Source: a virus (taxonomy: Duplodnaviria > Caudoviricetes). From it: a stretch of DNA of 61,768 nucleotides. The notes under the pieces were generated by a model that saw only the letters and a program-made list of their open reading frames with translations, was not told the DNA's origin and searched no databases. The translations under genes and the position numbers were made by a program. Location of the stretch: the IMG/VR virus record IMGVR_UViG_3300023179_000112, positions 1-61,768 of that record; one strand, 5' to 3'. Below, piece by piece: positions 55,057 to 61,768 of the stretch. Position 1 is the first letter of the stretch; the number at the start of each line of letters is the position of its first letter.

Positions 55057-55481
55057 CTTATCCTTAAAACAGAGTCAGTTGCGCCCATAGGCGGGAAAGT
55101 AATCACAAGGTCTGAAGCAACTTTAGTTATTGTACTACCAAAACTTAAAACGCAAACGGCTCGATCACCGTTGGTAGAATTATAAATCAAAGCCCCCGCG
55201 CACGTAAGAGTAACGTTTGAAAACGTGGCGTTTTGGAACGACCAATATCCGGTTGTCCCTGATGTTGTTGGTGTGATGTTTGTAAGTGCAATTCCACCGG
55301 GGGTGTAATTGGTTCCACTGGATTCACCCGTCGGTGTGTAGACGGTGGTATCTGCATTGAGGGTGGCTGTTGCAACGTACAAAGCGAGTTTAAAAACATT
55401 GCCTGTCCCTGTTGTAAAGTTGTGCAGCCCTTGAGCAACTTCTGCCTTGAAGCTTGTACACATGGTTTGTACAATTGCCAT
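55053..55481 (-). CDS. Virion structural protein (paralog of 54362-54838)
   Basis: MCTSFK, FKLALY, GTNYTPGG, ALIYNS. Confidence 0.65.
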   Translation of the reverse strand: MAIVQTMCTSFKAEVAQGLHNFTTGTGNVFKLALYVATATLNADTTVYTPTGESSGTNYTPGGIALTNITPTTSGTTGYWSFQNATFSNVTLTCAGALIYNSTNGDRAVCVLSFGSTITKVASDLVITFPPMGATDSVLRIS

Positions 55482-55482
55482 A

Positions 55483-56190
55483 CTACGCTACCGGATACCT
55501 TACTTGCCCAGATCTATAAGCATCCTGACGTTCCATACCGTCGCCAAGACGTTTAGCCAATGAAAGAGCTTCTTTATACTGTGTGTCTAATCTAGCCAAC
55601 ATATCGGGTTCAGCTTTAATAAACGTGTAGCCTTCTTGAAGCGCCCCGTATAGCAAAACGGTGTCAAAATTATCGCCGAGCCATGTTGTTCCTGCTGTGG
55701 TGATTGATTCTGGGTAATAATAAAAATGAAGCTCTACTTGATAATTAGCATCAGGAGTAGGACCGAGTAAAAAAGATAATTCATTAGTAATGACGCCACC
55801 TACCACTTTAGGACCAAAAATAGCATAGTGCCTTGGTCGTCCTGTATTACCCGCCCCTGTGGGAATTGGGTAAGCTTCACGGATAAAATTAACGTCTTTG
55901 TTTAATAAATAATAATAACGCCCATTAGCATCAATTACAGCAAAACTATATGGAGCAAGAAAATCATCGGGGCAAGCTGCATATGGGTTGTTAATTGCAA
56001 CAGAACCGACCATGTTTTTACGCAACGAAGGGAACTGTATGGTGTTATAAATACGTTGCTCAGCTTGTTCAACAAAACGCGCAAGCTGTTCATCTGACGT
56101 AAATGTCGTAGCGGAATCGCTAAAAGTAATCGTAGGGAAATCGTTCTCGACGTACCCCCGGATCGCTTTCTTTAACTCCGTATAATTCAC
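55483..56190 (-). CDS. Head-tail adaptor / tail tubular A-like protein
   Basis: F..QAEQRI, P.HY, GPTPD..Y, TWL, LLYG.L.E. Confidence 0.6.
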   Translation of the reverse strand: MNYTELKKAIRGYVENDFPTITFSDSATTFTSDEQLARFVEQAEQRIYNTIQFPSLRKNMVGSVAINNPYAACPDDFLAPYSFAVIDANGRYYYLLNKDVNFIREAYPIPTGAGNTGRPRHYAIFGPKVVGGVITNELSFLLGPTPDANYQVELHFYYYPESITTAGTTWLGDNFDTVLLYGALQEGYTFIKAEPDMLARLDTQYKEALSLAKRLGDGMERQDAYRSGQVRYPVA

Positions 56191-56450
56191 GCCATCGGTC
56201 CTCGGCTCATTGTGCCTTTAATAGCAGCCCCAGCACCGCGCATTTTAATGCCGTCGGTTTTAATTGGCTTTTCCAACTTATTAGTGTACGCACCGACACT
56301 CATACACAAAGTTCCTACATCGCTTTGGTCTGGCCCTGATCCGGGATTTTCTTCAGCACGTAGCTTTTTACCCTTCATTGTATGTGGCTCGGCGTAGGTT
56401 GACGCAGGGCCAACTTCTTTACCGCCTTTTTTCATGCTATATGAAGCCAT
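56187..56450 (-). CDS. Small basic virion-region protein
   Basis: MRGAGAA.KG..RGPMA C-terminus. Confidence 0.6.
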   Translation of the reverse strand: MASYSMKKGGKEVGPASTYAEPHTMKGKKLRAEENPGSGPDQSDVGTLCMSVGAYTNKLEKPIKTDGIKMRGAGAAIKGTMSRGPMA

Positions 56451-56632
56451 TATTTGCTCCCTTGATTACGCACCCGTGCCATATTACGACCCATAGTCTT
56501 CATCATTTCAGACGTTGGACCGCCCTTTTTGAGCTTGGTCATGGGTTTACCGGGATGCATTTTTTTCTCATGCTTGTGCACTGCACCAGCAATCATTTTT
56601 TTGTCTTGTTTAAGATCTGCTTTGTCCATCAT
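56450..56632 (-). CDS. Small basic virion-region protein
   Basis: AGGAG RBS; QDKK..HE..MH, GRNMAR. Confidence 0.6.
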   Translation of the reverse strand: MMDKADLKQDKKMIAGAVHKHEKKMHPGKPMTKLKKGGPTSEMMKTMGRNMARVRNQGSK

Positions 56633-56638
56633 AAACTC

Positions 56639-57067
56639 CTAAGAAACTGTGACTGAATTAACAGAACCTACACCGACTAAATCATTTGGGGTCAGTGCAG
56701 CATCAAACCATCTTGAACCACCAACGGGGTTAAAACCCCATTGAATAATACGGCTACCCATTGTAATCGTACCAAGCTCATCTTGGCTAGAATCATTGTT
56801 CACTGGTTCAACACGCAGCCCGTCAATACCAGCCTGATAATATGAGTTTGAATCAACCCGTGGATTCCTGATAGCCTGTGGATCATACACGGGATACATA
56901 CCAAGTTGAAGCTGTGGCTGATCGGGTTCCCAGCATTCAGGGCAGACAAGAATGTTAACGTTCTTGGTCTTAATAACAAGCGACTTTAATTGCTTTAGTT
57001 TAAAACGAAAGTTACACCTATCGCATTGTGCAATCGCCCATTTACCTGATGCAAACTGATTGGGCAT
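56639..57067 (-). CDS. Zn-binding conserved phage protein
   Basis: CDRC..CPECWE.DQPQL..DPQA. Confidence 0.65.
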   Translation of the reverse strand: MPNQFASGKWAIAQCDRCNFRFKLKQLKSLVIKTKNVNILVCPECWEPDQPQLQLGMYPVYDPQAIRNPRVDSNSYYQAGIDGLRVEPVNNDSSQDELGTITMGSRIIQWGFNPVGGSRWFDAALTPNDLVGVGSVNSVTVS

Positions 57068-57831
57068 CAGAAACTCCCAGTATTACCCAAATACATCCGG
57101 CGAGGTACAAAGCGCACAGCGGCTTTTTCACGATCTTCTCCGGCAGCATACGTCCACTGCTCTTCATAAGCAGCTTTCAACATGTCAATACGGGGAGTGC
57201 CTTCAGGAATCTTTTGAGCTATGTAATAAGCCAACCCTGCTGTAATACAGGGAAGAAACCTAAACGGCATATCAGGAGTCTGAATACCATCTCCCGCATT
57301 CTGAATGCGGCGCATACGCCAGTAAATTACTTGGTAATACGGAGAGCCTTGGGTGCCTTGGTCAGGGACAGGCCAGACTGTAATCTGTGGGTTTGCTTGT
57401 GCGCCGGGGGAGTAATTGCTGGTTGCGGGGTATGTAGCACCGGAGTTGCGGCTGATGTAAATCTGTATCGGTCTTGCTTGAGAAAGTTTGTTTGGGATTG
57501 TGGCGTAGGTGGAGACACTAATCCGGGTAAGTGTAAGGTCAGCTTGCGTTGAAGAATTTCCAGCCCCTGTACGAAGAACATGTTCAAGTAAATCAATGGT
57601 ATTGTCAGGTAGGTTGTATGTGGCAGTACCTTGCACTAAATTTATTGAGCCTTGCTCAATAGTCCACATATTGATGCCACGATTGGCCCACTCAATCGTC
57701 AAGAGGTTCATGGATCGACGAGCTGTACGCAGGTCATAGCCCGAACGCATCTCTCGCCCAGCCCGTTCAAACGCCTCCTCAGCGATGTCGGTAAATTCTA
57801 GGTTGAAGTCGGTTGAGCCGCTAGTGGTCAT
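57067..57831 (-). CDS. Head-to-tail connector protein
   Basis: EEAFERAG, ARRSMNL..EWANRG.N.W, PFRFLPC..GLAYY. Confidence 0.6.
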   Translation of the reverse strand: MTTSGSTDFNLEFTDIAEEAFERAGREMRSGYDLRTARRSMNLLTIEWANRGINMWTIEQGSINLVQGTATYNLPDNTIDLLEHVLRTGAGNSSTQADLTLTRISVSTYATIPNKLSQARPIQIYISRNSGATYPATSNYSPGAQANPQITVWPVPDQGTQGSPYYQVIYWRMRRIQNAGDGIQTPDMPFRFLPCITAGLAYYIAQKIPEGTPRIDMLKAAYEEQWTYAAGEDREKAAVRFVPRRMYLGNTGSF

Positions 57832-58061
57832 CTAAATCTCGCAGTCTTTGCAGCAATTCCTTTGGGCTGCGCCACAAATTGTTTACCTGCTTTCTTGCCT
57901 GCTCGCTTTGCTCTTGTGGTTGCTGCATATTCCGCTGGGCTAAGTGCATTAATTGCCGCCGACGGGAGATACCGCTCACCAGTCTTACTAGACGGTTTAC
58001 CACTCTTGGTTCGCCATTTCTGGTCTCCCCAATTCTTTAACGATTGCTGCGGGGCTTTCAC
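57828..58061 (-). CDS. Small basic protein
   Basis: QQSLKNW.DQKWRTKSG..TGERYLP. Confidence 0.6.
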   Translation of the reverse strand: MKAPQQSLKNWGDQKWRTKSGKPSSKTGERYLPSAAINALSPAEYAATTRAKRAGKKAGKQFVAQPKGIAAKTARFR

Positions 58062-58318
58062 TTCATCTTCTTTAGGGTTTGTGCAAGCCTTGCTCGCTGA
58101 CCCATTTTACCGGGAGCTTTAGCAGCTTTGGCTAATTTACCTGCGGGGATTTTTTCCCCAGCTTTAACACCCAAAGATTTTTTTAAGGCTCCCGGTTTCT
58201 TAATTGCTTCTTGAATCCATTTGCCACCTTTAAATCCGGGAACCCCGCGACCTTTAAGAACATCCGCACGGGTTACTTTGCCATCGTCGTTTAAATCAGG
58301 AAAATCCTTCGGCATCAC
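58058..58318 (-). CDS. Small basic protein with EF-hand/dockerin-like loop
   Basis: DLNDDGKVTRAD loop plus WIQEAIKKPGAL..RARLAQTL. Confidence 0.6.
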   Translation of the reverse strand: MMPKDFPDLNDDGKVTRADVLKGRGVPGFKGGKWIQEAIKKPGALKKSLGVKAGEKIPAGKLAKAAKAPGKMGQRARLAQTLKKMK

Positions 58319-58327
58319 ACACCTCGG

Positions 58328-58540
58328 TTAAAGTTTTTCACCTACCTCATATTGAGATAGTTTTGCTCTAAGCCTTTCAATTTCTGCGTCGCGTTCTGCT
58401 AGTTTCTTTTGAAAGCTTTCATTCATATCAACCCACATCTGCAAATTTTGAGTACGCATCTTATTATCTTCGACCATCATATTAAACAGTCGTTCAGATG
58501 CGTCTAACTGTCTTTGGATAAAATTAATCACGGTAACCAC
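58328..58540 (-). CDS. Small coiled-coil protein
   Basis: GGAGG RBS, GTG start. Confidence 0.5.
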   Translation of the reverse strand: MVTVINFIQRQLDASERLFNMMVEDNKMRTQNLQMWVDMNESFQKKLAERDAEIERLRAKLSQYEVGEKL

Positions 58541-58799
58541 CTCCAGCAGCTTTGTATTTTTTAGCTACAAGTTGTGCTTTTCTCGCGGACCACTGGCCTG
58601 CTCCTGTGCCTTGCGTTGCAGCAGCTTTAACCTGAGCTACGATGCGTTTCCGTAACTCAGGCTTGGTGTAATTACCCGCTGCATTAACTTTACCGCCTTC
58701 GGCGTACTGCTCAAAGTCAGTATTGTCCCGGCGAACTTTTCTTTTCCCGGAAGGCATCTTTGAGGGCATTATGGCCCCCATACCACGCGATGCCATCAT
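58524..58799 (-). CDS. Small basic protein
   Basis: NYTKP.LR, GQWSARKAQL..YK..GGGY. Confidence 0.6.
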   Translation of the reverse strand: MMASRGMGAIMPSKMPSGKRKVRRDNTDFEQYAEGGKVNAAGNYTKPELRKRIVAQVKAAATQGTGAGQWSARKAQLVAKKYKAAGGGYRD

Positions 58800-58800
58800 T

Positions 58801-59100
58801 TTAGCAAGCCCTACCGCCGCTCATCATTTTCTTTTTAGCCATGCCGCCTTTTTTCATACCGCTGCCAGCCATTTTGACTTGCATTCCTTTAGTTTTACCC
58901 TTGGAAGCAACACCATCACGACTAGGGGCAGCAGTCTTAACAGCGCCCATTTTGCTTGCGGCCATGCCGCCCATTGCCATCTTTTTCATACCAGTAAACT
59001 CCTTACCAACGGATTGAGGGACACCTACTTTTTTAGCAAACTTTGGGTTGTTCGCCACTGCTTGCATAAACTTTTCTTGTTTATCACTGACCGCTGGCAT
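58801..59100 (-). CDS. Small Lys/Met/Gly-rich protein
   Basis: MP..S.KQ..FM.A, repeated MxxGG. Confidence 0.6.
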   Translation of the reverse strand: MPAVSDKQEKFMQAVANNPKFAKKVGVPQSVGKEFTGMKKMAMGGMAASKMGAVKTAAPSRDGVASKGKTKGMQVKMAGSGMKKGGMAKKKMMSGGRAC

Positions 59101-59102
59101 GA

Positions 59103-59351
59103 CTATCCTTTCTTAGCAAGCTGGTCAATTTTTGCTTCAAGCCGCTCAAAGCCAGCATCGAAGCGTTCCATAATTTTTTCAAGGTCTTGACGCACTTCTG
59201 CGCGAGTAATGTGATCACGGGCTATTTCCTCTCGGGTTTTATTAAGTAAGACTTGTAGACGTTGCAGCTCATCGTGGGAGTTTTTGAGCATAAACATGAC
59301 AAGCCCTACCAAAACAGAGGTGATGAGATTCCAAAGGATCATCGGGTCCAT
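59103..59351 (-). CDS. Small membrane-anchored coiled-coil protein
   Basis: N-terminal hydrophobic helix then coiled coil. Confidence 0.55.
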   Translation of the reverse strand: MDPMILWNLITSVLVGLVMFMLKNSHDELQRLQVLLNKTREEIARDHITRAEVRQDLEKIMERFDAGFERLEAKIDQLAKKG

Positions 59352-59606
59352 TTAACACTTCCATGCACGCAAGGATTTATTAATCCGGCTGTTTGGATCA
59401 TTAGCCGTTTTTGCACTCGTAAGTTTCTTTTTCATGCCTGTCATTCTGGCACAAAATGATTTTTTACGAGACCCGCCTTCAGGTTGCGGGGCTTTAAGCC
59501 CCGGCTTACCGGGGTTTGCTGCATTATAAGAAGCTCTGCCCTTGGCGTTTAAACCGCCACTGGGATTTTTACCTTCTTTGCGCTGCCAAGCTGGGGTCTT
59601 AGCCAT
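59352..59606 (-). CDS. Small basic protein
   Basis: AWQRKEGKNP.GGLNAKGR, SFCARM, LRAWKC. Confidence 0.6.
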   Translation of the reverse strand: MAKTPAWQRKEGKNPSGGLNAKGRASYNAANPGKPGLKAPQPEGGSRKKSFCARMTGMKKKLTSAKTANDPNSRINKSLRAWKC

Positions 59607-60099
59607 AAAACACCGTTGCCGTTATATTTGCCACGAGGCCAACATAAATGCCTAAAGTTGCTACGATTCCTTCACCCGGAATAATAACATTATAAGCGGT
59701 CTGATTATATGCATCGACTTCCATAAGAATATCGGCATACATCGTCACGGCAGGGCTTCCGCTAATTGATCCACTAGCAGAATCTGTCACGGTAAATGTA
59801 TTAGCGTTGCTTACAGTCACTGAGTAAACATTTGTCGTAGCAGTGCCACCAGTCCCTGCGCTAAAAACCAACCATACGCGGTCGCCCGTAGCTAAACCGT
59901 GGTTGGTAATTGTTACCGTTACTACTGTGGTTGTACGACTGTAAGTGCCTGTCTGCGTGGTGTTGTTGGCAAAAATTACGTTTCTTGTTGCCGCGCTCGT
60001 ATTTGCTGAAATTACCGCACCTTTTAAGCGAGTACGGTAATTAACAACAACCCCAGACGCAGACGCGTGAGCCGATAGGACATCGGTTTGCATCCCCAT
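59599..60099 (-). CDS. Virion structural protein
   Basis: GGAG RBS; Thr/Val-rich beta protein. Confidence 0.6.
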   Translation of the reverse strand: MGMQTDVLSAHASASGVVVNYRTRLKGAVISANTSAATRNVIFANNTTQTGTYSRTTTVVTVTITNHGLATGDRVWLVFSAGTGGTATTNVYSVTVSNANTFTVTDSASGSISGSPAVTMYADILMEVDAYNQTAYNVIIPGEGIVATLGIYVGLVANITATVFYG

Positions 60100-60111
60100 G
60101 ATGCACTCCTA

Positions 60112-60651
60112 TCAGGAATTAGCAAAAGGCGTAGCAACCACACCGGAGCCAAGAGCAATGCCGTTGACCATGTACTTTAATGCTGCTAATGCAAAAATTT
60201 GCACCCATGTTCCGGCAACGCCGCCAGTTGTTGATCCGTCAAAGTTAATAAAGTCATTTGCTGCCGCTGGTGTATAAGCCACTAGAGCATTAGATGAATC
60301 CGTATCAACACCAAAAATTGTTCCGAGGTATTTATCCGTACCATCAGTTCCAATCTTTAACGAAGAGGTTGCAATTGTGGTCGGAACCCAAATAGTGTAA
60401 ACAACACCTTCGTTATTTGATGTATTAGGATCATTACCCGGGCCAGATGACGGAGCATTAGCCGAAGTATTGATTGTGGGAAGAGTAAGAACCACGTTAG
60501 AAGCCAATGTGCCGCCAACAGAGATAATTCTGCCGCCATGAGCTACAGGGTCTAATGTCGTGCTTGCTGTGATTTCTACAATGGTGGACGGACCTTGTTG
60601 ATAAATGCCGCCCAGTGATCGGATAGGACCGTCAAAGGTCGTAATTGCCAT
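60112..60651 (-). CDS. Virion structural protein (possible capsid decoration)
   Basis: TAAGGA RBS; MA.TTF.GP.RS N-terminus; first gene after MCP. Confidence 0.6.
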   Translation of the reverse strand: MAITTFDGPIRSLGGIYQQGPSTIVEITASTTLDPVAHGGRIISVGGTLASNVVLTLPTINTSANAPSSGPGNDPNTSNNEGVVYTIWVPTTIATSSLKIGTDGTDKYLGTIFGVDTDSSNALVAYTPAAANDFINFDGSTTGGVAGTWVQIFALAALKYMVNGIALGSGVVATPFANS

Positions 60652-60730
60652 GATAATTCCTTATGCACAAGTCGCTTGCTAATCGGTGCATCGTCTGCTG
60701 GGACAGTTTAGCAAGCTGGGTTTCCCAGAT
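60652..60730 (-). ncRNA. Structured leader RNA with two predicted pseudoknots
   Basis: GCUUGCUAA/UUAGCAAGC stem, CUGGGA/UCCCAG and AUGCAC/GUGCAU crossing pairings. Confidence 0.5.
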
Positions 60731-60746
60731 AATCCTATTATAAATA

Positions 60747-60774
60747 GAAAAGGGGGTTTTGCAACCCCCCTTTC
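60747..60774 (-). terminator. Intrinsic terminator after major capsid gene
   Basis: GGGGGTT-GCAA-AACCCCC stem-loop then TTTTCTATTT on minus strand. Confidence 0.8.
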
Positions 60775-60782
60775 ACGCCAGA

Positions 60783-61691
60783 TTAAGCTCCGGGCGAACC
60801 GTAAATTCCAAGGGGATCAGATACGCCAAAACTATAGCGTTCACGAGCCTTGTAACGAACGTTTCCGGTGTCGAAGTCTCCATCCATTGAATTTTGTAAC
60901 GGTGTACGTACAAAATGCTTCAGGCCATTAGGAACATCGGTTGTCAGGAACCAAGCGTTTGTATCGGTCAAAAAGTGATTGACCGTGTAACCCTCGGGAA
61001 TCGAACCGTTGTTCTTCAGGGCGTTGATGTCGTTGTTGTTAGTACCGACACGGAGTTCGGTTTCCAACAGGCGGGTTGCCACGAACATCAAAGCAGGAGG
61101 AACAATAAGCTTGCGGGGTTTAGCAGCAATCAAAAGTCCACGTTCGTCAGTCCATGCAGCAATCTGAATCACTGCATTTTCCAACGAGGTTTCGTTAAGA
61201 TCCACGCCCGTAGCGGTCGTGTTGCTGTTTACACCACCAGAAACCAGCGGATGTGATGTTGAGAACAAGGGCTGACCATCACCGTAAGTCACAGTAGCGG
61301 CAAACCCGTTATTCAATACAGCAGCAGCTTTAACCTGCTTGGTGTACGCCATAGACCGTGCAAGGGCTTTTGTATAACGAGCAGACAAGCTGTCGTACAA
61401 GTTATCTTCAATCGCTTCTTCAGTGATTGAAAAGCCGTATGCAATGGTTTCGTGCGTATAACGAGCAGTCCAAGCTTCTTGCGCGTTGTCATAAGCAATT
61501 GCAGCACCTTCGTTCTTCACAGGGGCAGCAGTAAAGCCTGACAGCTTGGTTTCCTCTTCAAATGAGCGCTCGGAAGTCTCCGTTTCGTAGATCTCCTTGT
61601 GCTCTTCGCCATACTTCGCATACTCCAGACCGAACAGGGCGTTCAGGCCGGGGAGCAGCTCTTTCAGTAGTTGTGCGCGTGAAATAGCCAT
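60783..61691 (-). CDS. Major capsid protein (HK97 fold, Mu gpT-like)
   Basis: MAISRAQLLKELLPGLNALFG, EEAIEDNLY, DG.PLFS..HP, LIVPP.L, RERYSFG..D. Confidence 0.88.
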   Translation of the reverse strand: MAISRAQLLKELLPGLNALFGLEYAKYGEEHKEIYETETSERSFEEETKLSGFTAAPVKNEGAAIAYDNAQEAWTARYTHETIAYGFSITEEAIEDNLYDSLSARYTKALARSMAYTKQVKAAAVLNNGFAATVTYGDGQPLFSTSHPLVSGGVNSNTTATGVDLNETSLENAVIQIAAWTDERGLLIAAKPRKLIVPPALMFVATRLLETELRVGTNNNDINALKNNGSIPEGYTVNHFLTDTNAWFLTTDVPNGLKHFVRTPLQNSMDGDFDTGNVRYKARERYSFGVSDPLGIYGSPGA

Positions 61692-61703
61692 TTAAGTTTC
61701 CCC

Positions 61704-61768
61704 TTACAGTCCGGTTGGGTTGTAGTAGGCATGACCACCAAGGAAGGTAGAACCGGTAATGTTCGGCA
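61704..61768 (-). CDS. 3' fragment of the gene upstream of MCP
   Basis: Open frame ..PNITGSTFLGGHAYYNPTGL-stop, then the MCP RBS. Confidence 0.5.
   Translation of the reverse strand, partial: PNITGSTFLGGHAYYNPTGL

Noticed and set aside
60652-60730. HDV-like (theta) ribozyme
   Set aside because: Order of paired segments does not fit HDV topology (the 5' segment pairs with a hairpin loop); kept as an unassigned structured RNA.
1-61768. Stop-codon recoding or alternative genetic code
   Set aside because: Genes are full length and densely packed under the standard code; TAA, TGA and TAG all end real genes.
1-61768. Complete DGR, retron, integrase, tRNA, or inteins/introns in polA, terL and helicase
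   Set aside because: No RT or recombinase motifs or tRNA cloverleafs seen by eye, and core genes have normal lengths. tRNAscan and HMM searches were not run.
1-61768. Window as a complete circular genome
   Set aside because: The ends cut two different genes and share no terminal overlap.

Overview
Most of a tailed dsDNA phage genome (podovirus-like layout, probably from an aquatic Proteobacteria-infecting group; host is inference). Both ends of the window cut head-module genes, so a few kb are missing. Minus strand 1-5.9 kb: GroES, portal, terminase. Plus strand 6.4-28.5 kb: early genes (MoxR-like AAA ATPase, DUF3150-like protein, HExxH/VWA protein, many small ORFs) and replication genes (VRR-NUC, family A polymerase, PD-(D/E)XK nuclease, HNH, SNF2 helicase, SSB, HTH protein, primase-helicase). 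Minus strand 28.5-61.8 kb: virion and lysis genes (3086-aa polyvalent protein, ejection proteins, tail proteins, lysis cassette, tiny basic proteins, major capsid). No integrase, tRNA, CRISPR array or reverse transcriptase was recognised. The most unusual signals are: (1) a promoter/terminator-bounded ~75-nt RNA at 5981-6054 whose core is antisense to an extended RBS shared by six phage genes; (2) seven copies of an 18-bp palindrome GGGACGGAATTCCGTCCC at early-gene boundaries; (3) a separate 4-copy operator-like motif overlapping promoters or an RBS; (4) a sulfotransferase plus APS-kinase/HxGH-nucleotidyltransferase fusion among tail genes; (5) a DGR-type variable region in a tail adhesin with no RT or template repeat in the window; (6) a double-pseudoknot leader RNA after the capsid gene. 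Protein calls rest on motifs and synteny read by eye; no database searches were run.
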